Translations under genes and position numbers: made by a program
The notes under the pieces: model-generated
The model's database searches: none
What the model was told of the DNA's origin: nothing
The model's input: the letters and a program-made list of their open reading frames with translations, nothing else
Origin: an uncultured Fibrobacteria bacterium
GTDB taxonomy: Bacteria > Fibrobacterota > Fibrobacteria > UBA11236
Length of the DNA stretch: 64,000 bases
Assembly: GCA_963716395.1 (NCBI GenBank)
Contig: OY970309.1
Location: forward strand, 1,376,001-1,440,000
Direction of reading: 5' to 3'
Shown: piece after piece, positions 22,697 through 32,593 of the stretch
Layout: each line of letters begins with the position of its first letter
Numbering within the stretch: the first letter of the stretch is position 1

Positions 22697-23440
22697 TTAC
22701 GTGTCGTCGGGCGCGTACATCAGGGAGGCGGCCAAGTCGAGAAAATCGGAAAACAGCTTGGCCGCGTCGTGACGCTTCTCACGCAGTTCCCGGTGCGACT
22801 GGGCGAAATCCAGGGCCAAAGGCAGGGGTAGCAAGGTGGCCGGTTCGCCCTCCCAGGTCGAATACATTTGCACCAAGACTTGAGTAAGGCTCACCGAAGG
22901 CCGGATCATGCGAATCTCGGGATGAATCAGATGGCGGCACAGATCGGCCGGACTGGTGACCAAATGCTCGCGGCAAATCAGGGGCCGAAAGGGATGGATG
23001 GAGCACGACTCCTCTTCGAGAAAAGGGCAGGGGATCTGCAATTTGAAATAATCGACGGCCATACGCACTAGTTCTTTGCCCGCGGCCGCCTCGCCTTCCA
23101 GCGTGCGATCGGCGAAACCTTCGGCGCGCAGCGCATCTTGGGCGGCTTCAAATCGTTCGAGATAAGCCTGGCGCTTTTCCGGTAACACGCCGGCCAGCAT
23201 TTCCCACAGCAAAAAGGCTTCGGGCGCCGACACGGGCACGGGCTGCCGGCAGCAGGCGCCGCAACCCGCGCGACAGGAAACCGCGCGCCCTTCCTGCTGG
23301 GCTGCGCGCACGCCCATGGCCACCAGGCGTTCTTCCAGGGGAAACAGGTTGAACACGAATTCGGGCCAGCGCATCGTGCCCTGGGGGTCGGGCACCTGGG
23401 CCTGCAGGCGGCCGTAGCGGGTTCGAAGATCGATATCCAT
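22697..23440 (-). CDS. YkgJ-family cysteine cluster (CxxxCxxCC) protein
   Basis: CRAGCGACC, CPFLEEESCSIHPFRPLICR. Confidence 0.9.
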   Translation of the reverse strand: MDIDLRTRYGRLQAQVPDPQGTMRWPEFVFNLFPLEERLVAMGVRAAQQEGRAVSCRAGCGACCRQPVPVSAPEAFLLWEMLAGVLPEKRQAYLERFEAAQDALRAEGFADRTLEGEAAAGKELVRMAVDYFKLQIPCPFLEEESCSIHPFRPLICREHLVTSPADLCRHLIHPEIRMIRPSVSLTQVLVQMYSTWEGEPATLLPLPLALDFAQSHRELREKRHDAAKLFSDFLDLAASLMYAPDDT

Positions 23441-23711
23441 GCGTCACTTCAAGGTTACGGCCGCTTCCAGATCGAGGCCGCCGCCAGGAAATTAGACTTT
23501 TTCGGGAATCGACGCGGGGGACGGGGCAACCACTGGCGATTCTCCCGTAAATCCAGTCTCCGGCTCCGAAAATCCCGCCCGGGCTACACCGGCAATCAGA
23601 ATCAATTACGGCAATCCCTGAGAAGGCAAGAAACGAGTCAATTCAATATTGCAATGCCAATGCACTTCGTGTCCCGCTTATCCCATCTTGAAATTTTCAA
23701 GGAAACTAGAA

Positions 23712-23731
23712 TGTGACAGTTGCCATGACAC
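23712..23731. promoter_or_regulatory. Possible Pho-box-like direct repeat (TGACA twice)
   Basis: Reverse strand reads TGTCAT-ggcaac-TGTCAC upstream of a phosphatase operon; period is 12 rather than the canonical 11. Confidence 0.3.
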
Positions 23732-23846
23732 TTTGAAAACCAATCAGGATCTCCTTGGAAATGGGTTTGAAGCAGGAGTTTTGTCGAATTCCCGAAGCAA
23801 AAATTATTCACCGGATTGCATCGGGTGAAAAACCAAGGAGAGGCCT

Positions 23847-25535
23847 ATGCGATTTTTCCAACTCATTAAATTTTCCGGAATTTTATCTGCGCTTTTTTTC
23901 TCGGCAGTGCGCGCCGACATGATTTCCGTCACCGACGACAGCGTCAAGGCCGGGGGAACCTTTCATTGGACCAATTCAAATTCCTATTACCTGCACGGCA
24001 AAGTGTTTATCCGTGCGGGGTCCCGGCTCAATATCGATTCCGGCACCACGATCTATGCCGACAATAATTCCGGCGCCGCCACCACCATACTGGTGATTTG
24101 CCGCGGGGCCCGCATCTACGCGCAGGGCACGGCCGGCATGCCCATCACCTTCACCTCCATTCTCGATACATCAAAAATTCTGCTGCCCATCGGCAACATC
24201 TCGCGCGGCCTCTGGGGTGGGCTGCAGATTTGCGGTCGCGCCACGAACAATGCCGCGGGCGGCATCAACCTCAAGCTCACGGAAGACGCGACACTCACCG
24301 ATTCGACTTTGCTCTGGTTCGGTGATTCGGTGGCTGATGATAACGACACCTCCGGCGTGCTCGAGTATGTAAGTGTCCGGTATACGGGTCAAACCGACAT
24401 CGGTCAAATCAAGGGCTTTGTATTGGCTTCGGTGGGCAAGGGCACCATCGTCGATCATGTCGAAGCTTTTTGCGGCGCCGAAGACGGCTTCGACTTGTAC
24501 GGGGGAACGGTGGACGTGAAGTATGTGACCAGCGAATACAATGCGGGTGACGATATCTACTACTCCTACGGATATTCCGGGCGCGTGCAATTCGCTTTCG
24601 CCATCCAAACCGTGATTCCCGGCGGCAAATCCAACGGCACCTGCTCCAAACTGGAAAGCAGCGATTCAGCCGATATGCCCTACTCCACCGGCAAGATTTA
24701 CAACGCCACCTATATCGGCACCGGAGCGAACAATCCGGACACCTGGAAATACAAGTACGGCATCTACTACAAGAAAGACGCGGGCGGAACCTTCGCCAAC
24801 TCGATTTTGACCCAATGCTCCAATTACGGAATCTATGTCGATAGCACGGTGTATCCCAATACCAGCGCCCGGGCGCATTTGGCCGACAGCACCTTGATCA
24901 TCATGAACAACATCTTCTACGGATTCGGCCATGGCAACACCCTTGACAGCGTAGCCGCGAATTCGGGATCGCTGGAAGACTATCTGACTTCGCATAACAA
25001 CGACTTGAGCGATCCCATGATCAACGCCTTTGGCTGGCCCAGCCCCGCGGACAGCTTGACTTTGAAATCGGATTCGGCTTTGGATCCCCGGCCTTCGCCC
25101 TCGGGCATCGCCACGCAAAATATCGCCACGACGCCCAACGACGGATTTTTCGAAAACGTGAATTACCGCGGCGCCTTTGATCCCAATACGACGGTTTGGC
25201 TGAAAGGGTGGTCGACCTTGGCTCGCTTCGGCATGCTGAAACCCGCGGCCACTTCCCCCATCAAAATTCCGTCCAAAGGGTTGGCGTTCACATCCTCGGC
25301 GCGCCTGTTTGCCGACGGCGACCTGTTCACCTTGGAGTGGAATCAATTGTCGGCCGGCCGCACCGTCGTCACCTTGCGCGATATGTCGGGCCGGCAGATC
25401 GGGGTGTTGGATAATTCCCAGCGACGGGTGGGAATGCAGACCATTCCCGTGGCGCTGAAGGCACCCGGCGTTTACGTGCTGCATATCGTGCAGCCGGGCC
25501 ACACCGAGTCGTTGCGCGTCAGCCAAGCCCGGTAA
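23847..25535 (+). CDS. Secreted beta-helix protein (TBDR-associated family) with T9SS-like C-terminal domain
   Basis: AAGGAG RBS; signal peptide; GTAGMPITFTS, GLWGGLQICGRA, SGVLEYVSVRY, DGFDLYGGTV, YRGAFD..WLKGWS; C-terminal RDMSGR...PGVYVL. Confidence 0.8.
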   Translation: MRFFQLIKFSGILSALFFSAVRADMISVTDDSVKAGGTFHWTNSNSYYLHGKVFIRAGSRLNIDSGTTIYADNNSGAATTILVICRGARIYAQGTAGMPITFTSILDTSKILLPIGNISRGLWGGLQICGRATNNAAGGINLKLTEDATLTDSTLLWFGDSVADDNDTSGVLEYVSVRYTGQTDIGQIKGFVLASVGKGTIVDHVEAFCGAEDGFDLYGGTVDVKYVTSEYNAGDDIYYSYGYSGRVQFAFAIQTVIPGGKSNGTCSKLESSDSADMPYSTGKIYNATYIGTGANNPDTWKYKYGIYYKKDAGGTFANSILTQCSNYGIYVDSTVYPNTSARAHLADSTLIIMNNIFYGFGHGNTLDSVAANSGSLEDYLTSHNNDLSDPMINAFGWPSPADSLTLKSDSALDPRPSPSGIATQNIATTPNDGFFENVNYRGAFDPNTTVWLKGWSTLARFGMLKPAATSPIKIPSKGLAFTSSARLFADGDLFTLEWNQLSAGRTVVTLRDMSGRQIGVLDNSQRRVGMQTIPVALKAPGVYVLHIVQPGHTESLRVSQAR

Positions 25536-25616
25536 CGCTTCGGCCTGGATTTAAACAAACCTCCGGCGGCGGATTCCGCATTCTCGTGGAAGTCCGCCGG
25601 TTCGGATTCGAAAACC

Positions 25617-28600
25617 ATGAAAACCTTCAACTTACGTAGCCCGGGAATGGGACGGAAACAAATCCGCGGGTTCGGATTGGTTTTAAGTCTGGCGCTCCCC
25701 GTCGTGGCCGGCACGAATACTTTGTTTCGCGGACGGGTTTTGGATGCGGCCGGCGCTCCGGTTTCGGCCTGGGTCGGCTGCGGCGAGAACGGCGATTCGG
25801 CCGGGCGCTTTTCCCTGGCCGTGAATTCAGACGACACATGCCGACTTAAAATTCGTCACGAAAACTTCGACACCTTACTTGCCGGCGCCATAGCCATGGA
25901 TTCGGTTTTAGATGGGCGCGACCTCCGTTTACCGGTTGCGGATTCGCAGGCGGTGACTTCGGCGCCCATCGACTCATCGCCACCTCCGCGTTGGACGGGC
26001 CGCATCCTCAACGAAGAAGACTCGACCCCGCTGGCCGGAACGTGGGTGCGCTGCCGCGATCAAAGCGATTCGGTTCTCACCACAGCCGACGGCCGCTTTC
26101 AATTGAACGTGGATTCCGTCGACTCTTGCCGGCTGCTGGTCCGACGTCAGGGTTTCGCTGACTTGCGCTCCAGCCCGAGGCCGCCGGGCGCGGAAAGCGA
26201 TTGGGGCGACATTCGCCTTTACCCCGCGACCGAAATCCGGAAAAGCAAAATGGTGGTGGTGGTGTACGGCTTGTCGGGACAGGGACGCGCCCTAAACCAG
26301 CAGAAGAATTCGGATAATTTGAAAAACGTGGTCAGCGCGGAATTGATCGCGGCCCTGCCCGATCATTCCACTGCCGACGCGTTGCAACGCGTGCCCGGGC
26401 TTTCCATCGAACGCGATCAAGGCGAAGGCCGCTACGTGCAAATCCGCGGCACCGAGGCGAATCTTTCCACCGTAACCATCAACGGCCAATCCATTTCGGG
26501 GCCCGACGCCAAAACCCGGGCCGTGTCGCTGGACGTGATTCCCGCGGACCAGTTGGCCGAAATCGAAGTCAGCAAGGTGCTTACGCCCGAAATGGACGCC
26601 GACGCCATCGGCGGCACCATCAATCTCAAAACGGCCACCGCCACCTCGGATTTCTGGAAAGATAGCTTCACAGGGCTGACCGGATTTGCCCAGCTTTCCG
26701 ACGAGCCGAGTTGGCAGGGATCGGCCACGGTGGGCCGGCGTTTTCAGGACGGCAAACTCGGATTTTTTGCCGGTGCGAGTTATTACAAAGATCAAACCGA
26801 GACCCAGAATTTCGAAATGGGGTGGGACACGTCAAGCTATAACACCGCCGGTATCGGTTTGTCGCAACCTTTAAATCTCGAGTTCCGCGATTATGCCCTC
26901 ACCAATGAACGCATGGGCGCCAATCTTTCGCTCGACTATCGCTTCGGCCCCGATCGGCGCGCCTATCTGACCCTCTCGTACAACCGTAACAACAATGACG
27001 AATTGCGGCGGCGACTTCTGCTCGACGCCGAAGCCGAAGATGCCCGCCATGAATCGCTCGACAACCGCGATGTCACCGACGTGCCGGTCTCGCGATCCAT
27101 CCGCGAAGAGGAGAAAACCAAAGACATTTTCAGCGCCGTATTGCGCGGTGAAGTCGCTCTGGAGGGCGGATTCAAGACCGGTGCCAGCTTGAATTATTCC
27201 TATGCGGGCAGCAAAATGCCGTACCGCCTGGACGCGGATTTCACCTACCCGTACAACATCTTTTTCGACGTGTCCAATCCCGATGTGCCCGAGTATTTTC
27301 CCTTCGATATCACCCAATACCAGAACAGCGCCATCAACCACCTCCGCTTTGGAACCCCGATTACCACGGTTTACGACACGGCCTTCGACGACATGAACCA
27401 TTTGACCAACGGCGGACTCGAAATCATCAGTTCGCACGCGCAAGAGCACTTTCTCACCGGCAAGGCCGACCTGGAAAAAACCGGCGTTGGTCTGGGGGCG
27501 GAACTGTCGGGCAAGATCGGCCTCAAAGGCGGCTTGCACGTCAAAGATCAAACCATGACAGGGCAGACGGATACCGTGCCCGGAGTCGACGATCCGCGTC
27601 TCAGCGATTATCTGAGCAGCTACAGTGAAAGCGATTTTTTCAACGGCCATTATACCTTGAACAACATGCCCGACATCGGGCAGCTTTCTGCCTATTACAA
27701 TGCCGAAACCAACACCTATCCGCCGAATACGGGCGGCGACATCCACCTCGAAGTCGATCCGCAAAACTTTCACGCGCAGGATTACAATGCCGCGGGGTAT
27801 GCGCAGGGGAAATATCACCGCGGTGCCGCCACCGTGGTCGGTGGCGTGCGCGTGGAATATACGGCCCTGCATTACGACGGCTTCGTCACGGTTACCGACG
27901 GCAGCCTGCAAAATCACTGGTACCGCACCGATCCCTTGTCGATGGACAAGCATTTTTACTTTGTGCTGCCCATGATTTTGGGCCGCTATGCGCTGACGCC
28001 CGAAGCCAGCCTCCGCGCGTCGTACACCCATTCCTTTGCGCGGCCCGACTGGTACGACCTGGTGCCGCACGGCCTGGTGCAGAACGACGACGGCATCATC
28101 ACGGTCAACACCGGCAATCCCGATTTGAAGCCGCCCAAGGCCCATAACGTCGACTTCAGCATCGAGGATTACACCGGCGGCGAAAACCTCATGACCGCCG
28201 GATTGTTCTACAAACGCATCGATGATTACATCGTCAGCACCGATGTGACCACCTATCCCAACGGCGGTAAAACGCAATGGCTGTATTACGAGGACATCAA
28301 CGGCGATCACGCCGATTTGGCCGGCGCTGAATTCGCCTTCCGCCAGGCACCGCGATTCCTTTACGGCTTCGGCGTCGATCTCAATTACACCTACACCTGG
28401 TCGAACACCCGCATTCCCGGCGAAACGCATACCAGTCCGTTGCCCAAGCAATCGGCGCATACCGGCAACTTCGCGCTTTTCTACGACCACGCGGGCTTCA
28501 TCGCACGCGTGGGCTGCAACGTGCGCAGCCATTTCATCGACGAAATCGCCACCTATGAAAACCGCAACAACGAGAGCTATCCTGATCTCAACGTGTATGT

Positions 28601-28784
28601 CGACGATCACGTGCAAGTCGATGCTTCGGTAAGCGTACACCTCGACCGGCACGCCTCCTGGATTCTCGAAGCCAACAACCTGACCAATGAACCCTACACG
28701 CTGTACCTCAGCAACCGCGACCACGTCACCCAGGAGGAGTACTACTCCTGGTCGGCGCAAACCGGATTTAAAATGCTGTTCTGA
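25617..28784 (+). CDS. TonB-dependent receptor with two N-terminal carboxypeptidase-regulatory-like domains
   Basis: Plug ADALQRVPGLSIERDQGEGRYVQIRG, DADAIGGTINL; GNPDLKP; NNLTNE; terminal Phe. Confidence 0.93.
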   Translation: MKTFNLRSPGMGRKQIRGFGLVLSLALPVVAGTNTLFRGRVLDAAGAPVSAWVGCGENGDSAGRFSLAVNSDDTCRLKIRHENFDTLLAGAIAMDSVLDGRDLRLPVADSQAVTSAPIDSSPPPRWTGRILNEEDSTPLAGTWVRCRDQSDSVLTTADGRFQLNVDSVDSCRLLVRRQGFADLRSSPRPPGAESDWGDIRLYPATEIRKSKMVVVVYGLSGQGRALNQQKNSDNLKNVVSAELIAALPDHSTADALQRVPGLSIERDQGEGRYVQIRGTEANLSTVTINGQSISGPDAKTRAVSLDVIPADQLAEIEVSKVLTPEMDADAIGGTINLKTATATSDFWKDSFTGLTGFAQLSDEPSWQGSATVGRRFQDGKLGFFAGASYYKDQTETQNFEMGWDTSSYNTAGIGLSQPLNLEFRDYALTNERMGANLSLDYRFGPDRRAYLTLSYNRNNNDELRRRLLLDAEAEDARHESLDNRDVTDVPVSRSIREEEKTKDIFSAVLRGEVALEGGFKTGASLNYSYAGSKMPYRLDADFTYPYNIFFDVSNPDVPEYFPFDITQYQNSAINHLRFGTPITTVYDTAFDDMNHLTNGGLEIISSHAQEHFLTGKADLEKTGVGLGAELSGKIGLKGGLHVKDQTMTGQTDTVPGVDDPRLSDYLSSYSESDFFNGHYTLNNMPDIGQLSAYYNAETNTYPPNTGGDIHLEVDPQNFHAQDYNAAGYAQGKYHRGAATVVGGVRVEYTALHYDGFVTVTDGSLQNHWYRTDPLSMDKHFYFVLPMILGRYALTPEASLRASYTHSFARPDWYDLVPHGLVQNDDGIITVNTGNPDLKPPKAHNVDFSIEDYTGGENLMTAGLFYKRIDDYIVSTDVTTYPNGGKTQWLYYEDINGDHADLAGAEFAFRQAPRFLYGFGVDLNYTYTWSNTRIPGETHTSPLPKQSAHTGNFALFYDHAGFIARVGCNVRSHFIDEIATYENRNNESYPDLNVYVDDHVQVDASVSVHLDRHASWILEANNLTNEPYTLYLSNRDHVTQEEYYSWSAQTGFKMLF

Positions 28785-28831
28785 TCACAGCGCCGGCATC
28801 GGAACAAAGGTCGATTTCCAAGGAGCCCGCC

Positions 28832-29992
28832 ATGCAACGAAACCATCACGCCACCCTGACCGTTTTATGCCTCGCGTTCGCGGCCGGAACGGCCCACGCC
28901 GAAGCCAAGCCCAACTCGACCGATGCCGTCGCCGAAAAAGCATCGCATGCCTTGCGGTTTTTGGTCATGGGAGATTGGGGCCGCAACGGCTATACCAATC
29001 AAACCCCGGTGGCGCGGGCCATGGGACGGACCGCCGAGGATTCCGACGCGGATTTTGTCGTGGCCCTTGGCGACAATTTTTATCCCAACGGCGTGCGCAG
29101 TGTGCAGGATCCGCAATGGCGATCTTCCTTCGAAGCGGTTTACACCAACCCTTCGCTGATGCGCGATTGGTACGTCGTGCTGGGCAACCATGATTACCAT
29201 GGCAATACGCAAGCCGAAGTCGGCTACACCCAAATCAGCCGCCGCTGGAATATGCCGGCACGCTATTACGAATTACACAAAAAGATCAAGGGTGATCCCG
29301 CCGGGGCGGACCTGTTTTTTCTCGACACCTCGCCGTTCCAAAGCAAGTATTACGGGAACGAAACCAATGCCGGCGGCGTGATCGGCCAAGATACGGCGGC
29401 CCAGCGCCGCTGGCTCGACAGCGCGCTGTCGGCCTCGCAGGCCACCTGGAAACTGGTCTTCGGCCATCACCCCGTGTACACCAGCGGTCACCATGCCCAG
29501 GAAATGGCCGCCATGCCGGATCAGTTCGGACACCTGTTTGAAAAAGCCGGTGTCGACGCCTATTTCGCGGGGCATGACCACGACTTCGAGTATTTGGAAA
29601 ATAACGGCGTGCATTACTTCGTGGTCGGCACCGGCTCCGAATTGCGGCCGTTGCCCAAAGCCCGCAATCCCCATTCGAAATTCGGATTATCGGAGGCGGG
29701 ATTCGGATTGGTGTCGTTGACATCGGATGCGCTGCGCTTCAGTTTCATCGACAAGCATGGGAAGCGGCGCTTTCAAACACTGATCCGAAAACGCCGCGCT
29801 GAACCGGCCGAGTTAGAATCGGCCTTTAGGTCGTCGCCACCAGCAGCTCTTCCGCATTTATCGGCGGGCGAAGATCATCCGTCCTGTCCGCAAAATAACG
29901 CTGGGCCAGCAAGGCCGCCGACACATGCTGTGCCTCGCGAAAGCCGGCGGCGCGGGCCAAAGCCAGCATTTCTTCGGGCAGGAAGAAGCTGA
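28832..29992 (+). CDS. Purple (tartrate-resistant type 5) acid phosphatase; 3' end uncertain
   Basis: GDWG, GDNFY, GNHDY, GHHP, GHDH metallophosphoesterase motifs; signal peptide; tail overlaps the convergent gene by 167 nt. Confidence 0.9.
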   Translation: MQRNHHATLTVLCLAFAAGTAHAEAKPNSTDAVAEKASHALRFLVMGDWGRNGYTNQTPVARAMGRTAEDSDADFVVALGDNFYPNGVRSVQDPQWRSSFEAVYTNPSLMRDWYVVLGNHDYHGNTQAEVGYTQISRRWNMPARYYELHKKIKGDPAGADLFFLDTSPFQSKYYGNETNAGGVIGQDTAAQRRWLDSALSASQATWKLVFGHHPVYTSGHHAQEMAAMPDQFGHLFEKAGVDAYFAGHDHDFEYLENNGVHYFVVGTGSELRPLPKARNPHSKFGLSEAGFGLVSLTSDALRFSFIDKHGKRRFQTLIRKRRAEPAELESAFRSSPPAALPHLSAGEDHPSCPQNNAGPARPPTHAVPRESRRRGPKPAFLRAGRS

Positions 29993-30686
29993 GAAAGGGC
30001 GTGCCGTTGGCACGCGCGCCCTTGGCCGCCTGTTCCATGGCGGGACGCAGTTCGGGGTTGGTCTGCTCGATCGGCAGTAGGAATGACAGGGCCAGGGTGG
30101 AACCGGGCGCAAGCGACGCGATCTGTTGCAGGGTGGCCTGAATAGCTTCTTTCGTGAGGTACATGCTGACGCCGGCCGAAGCCACGACGGCCGGCCGCTT
30201 CGCGTCGAAGCCGGCGGCGGCCAGCCGCTCTTGCCAGGGATCGCCCGCCTCGAAGTCTACCGGCACGAACCGCAGCCAGGCGGGAATTCCGAATCCGAGC
30301 TCCCGCAGACGCCGTTGTTTCCAGGCTTGGGGACCGGGTTTGTCGACTTCGAAAATCGTCAGGTCCGAGGCGATCTCGGGTCGGCGCTGGGCAAAGGTGT
30401 CGAGGCCCGCTCCCAGGATGACGTATTGCCCCACTCCACGGGCGGATTGCTCAGCGACGAGATCTTCGATATAGCGCGCCCGCGCCACTATGGAGGCGCG
30501 AAAGGGTCGTGTGAACGGGCCCATATCCGGCCGCTGCCGCCATCCTTCCTCGGGAGCGACCAGCTTGAGGCCGATGTCGTCTTCCAGAACATGGGGTGGC
30601 GCATCGGCCAGAACATGCAAAGCCCGCCACAAGGCGACCCTTACCGCCGTGTTGTCCGGTTCCGCCGCGGATGGATCTTCCTGCAT
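29826..30686 (-). CDS. Class I SAM-dependent methyltransferase (LCM/TIGR00027-like)
   Basis: ATG at 30686; QYVILGAGLDTFAQR, FEVD, VPVDF, GVSMYL. Confidence 0.9.
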   Translation of the reverse strand: MQEDPSAAEPDNTAVRVALWRALHVLADAPPHVLEDDIGLKLVAPEEGWRQRPDMGPFTRPFRASIVARARYIEDLVAEQSARGVGQYVILGAGLDTFAQRRPEIASDLTIFEVDKPGPQAWKQRRLRELGFGIPAWLRFVPVDFEAGDPWQERLAAAGFDAKRPAVVASAGVSMYLTKEAIQATLQQIASLAPGSTLALSFLLPIEQTNPELRPAMEQAAKGARANGTPFLSFFLPEEMLALARAAGFREAQHVSAALLAQRYFADRTDDLRPPINAEELLVATT

Positions 30687-30870
30687 GATTTCTCTCCCTT
30701 GCTTTCCGGCCGGCGCCGTCCTGTCTCTGCCGTAGAGCAGGCATAACAACTTCAAAATTATTTTCAGGAAAGCCAATGGCCGATGGATTCGGAGATCAAT
30801 TCGTCGGCGGCATAATCGCCTGCGGCTTACAGGGCCAGGGGCGAGGGACGGGGATGGCGGCGGGTTTTAA

Positions 30871-31584
30871 TTACCGGATTTGCAGCACCCGTAACGTCAA
30901 TGGTACTTCGCCCGGGATCGCAATGCGCAGCAGATACAATCCGTTGTCGGGCCGCGCCTTCACGGGCAACCGCACGACGGCTCCGGTTTGGGGTTCGACC
31001 CGGAAACTTTGCAAGGTCCGGCCGGAAAGCGAAACGATGGCGACCGACCACGGCGCGGACGGAACCCGGGGCAGCGACAAGGCCAAGACTCCCGCCTGCA
31101 AGGCGGCGGAAAAATTTTCGGGCACAAAGTCATTTCGTAACGCAGTAGTTCCGGTCACGTACAGGGTTCCCGCGAGCTGGGGGGCAATCAGGGCGACGGG
31201 GGATCCCACCAGACCAAGGGGGCAAACGGTTCCCGGCGGACAATAAATAATCGGTTCCAGGAAAACCGGATGTTTTCCCGCTTTCAGGGCCGGCATGTCG
31301 AAGGTGGGGCCATAGGGAATTGCGGCGCAAGGGGCCAGGATGGCCAGGGTCGTGTCGGAAAAAGACAGCAACAGCGAATCGCCGATCTGGGCAATGCTTT
31401 GGTTGAAAAAACGCTGGTTGCAATTGTAGTTTTGAATAGTTACGTGTAGCACAAACGGAATTCCCGCGGCGGCGGTGTCGGGCGAAAGCGTATACGGATC
31501 GGAAGTGGGTTGCGCCCCGCCGCACAGCGGCCAGGCCAGCATCGCCCATAGAAATGCAAAACGCGTCTTTTTGTTCCAGTTCAT
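30871..31584 (-). CDS. Secreted hypothetical protein with T9SS-like C-terminal domain
   Basis: ATG at 31584 after GGGAGG; signal peptide; Cys-containing core; C-terminal SLSGRTL...NGLYLLR. Confidence 0.7.
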   Translation of the reverse strand: MNWNKKTRFAFLWAMLAWPLCGGAQPTSDPYTLSPDTAAAGIPFVLHVTIQNYNCNQRFFNQSIAQIGDSLLLSFSDTTLAILAPCAAIPYGPTFDMPALKAGKHPVFLEPIIYCPPGTVCPLGLVGSPVALIAPQLAGTLYVTGTTALRNDFVPENFSAALQAGVLALSLPRVPSAPWSVAIVSLSGRTLQSFRVEPQTGAVVRLPVKARPDNGLYLLRIAIPGEVPLTLRVLQIR

Positions 31585-31738
31585 GGGCCCTCCCAGGCCG
31601 GGGTTTTGTTTTACCTCGCTCTCAACATAAGCATATTGTATTTCAGAAAAACCGCAAAAGCCTTTTATTCGTAAAAATTCGCTCATATTCTGCTCACATT
31701 ATTTTGTATTAGAATGAGGATCAACCAGGGCGGCCGGT

Positions 31739-32593
31739 TTGGAATCACAGCATAGCATCGGCGTATTCGACTACTTGGATTACCGGAAATTTCTGGCGGA
31801 TTATTATCGCGCCAAGAAAGCCGTGAACAAATCGTTTTCACATCGGCTTTTCGCCCGCAAAGCCGGCTTCCGTTCCACGGGATTTTTCAGCGAAGTGTTG
31901 AGCGGCAAAAGAAAGCTGTCCCGGGAATACGCGCGCAAATTCGCGCAAGCCCTGAACCTGGATGAAAAAGAACGCGAGTTCTTCGATTTGCTGGTGGCTT
32001 TCACCCATGCCCCAAGTCATGCGGCGCGTGACACGCTGTACGATTTGCTGCTCAAAGCCTTGCCCGTCAAGATTCAGCAGATGCGCCAATCGCAGCGGGA
32101 GTATTTCTCGAAGTGGTATTACGTGGCCGTGCGCGAAGCCCTGGCCATTTTGCCGGTGCATGATGACTTTGCGGCTTTGGCCGCGGCGCTGCAACCGGCC
32201 ATCACGGCGGCCCAGGCCAAGGCGGCCGTGCACTTGCTGCACCAACTCGGATTGGTTGAAAAAGACGCCGCCGGCCGCTGGCGCGCCAGCCAGTTGTCGT
32301 TGGTGGCGCCGCAAGACGAAGCCACGGCGCTATTACGCCGTTCATTTCAAGACGCCATGCTGGTCAAGGCGCGCGAGGCGCTGGAGCGTGTGCCGCCGGA
32401 TCAGCGCGACATTTCCTGCGTCACTTTCAGCGTGTCCCCGGCGGGAATGGATCGGGTGAAAGCCCTGGTGCAAGAATTCCATCGCCAGGTCATCGCCGTG
32501 GTGCAAGCCGATCGCGGCGAAGATCGGGTCATGCAAATGAATCTGCAATTGTTTCCTTTGACGCGAACCGGGTCGGAGCATGCGCCGGAATAA
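31739..32593 (+). CDS. TIGR02147/DUF4423-family putative transcriptional regulator
   Basis: VFDYLDYRKFL, FSHRLFARKAGF, EVLSGKRKLS helix-turn-helix, WYYVAVRE, RDISCVT, QMNLQLFPL; TTG start. Confidence 0.92.
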   Translation: MESQHSIGVFDYLDYRKFLADYYRAKKAVNKSFSHRLFARKAGFRSTGFFSEVLSGKRKLSREYARKFAQALNLDEKEREFFDLLVAFTHAPSHAARDTLYDLLLKALPVKIQQMRQSQREYFSKWYYVAVREALAILPVHDDFAALAAALQPAITAAQAKAAVHLLHQLGLVEKDAAGRWRASQLSLVAPQDEATALLRRSFQDAMLVKAREALERVPPDQRDISCVTFSVSPAGMDRVKALVQEFHRQVIAVVQADRGEDRVMQMNLQLFPLTRTGSEHAPE

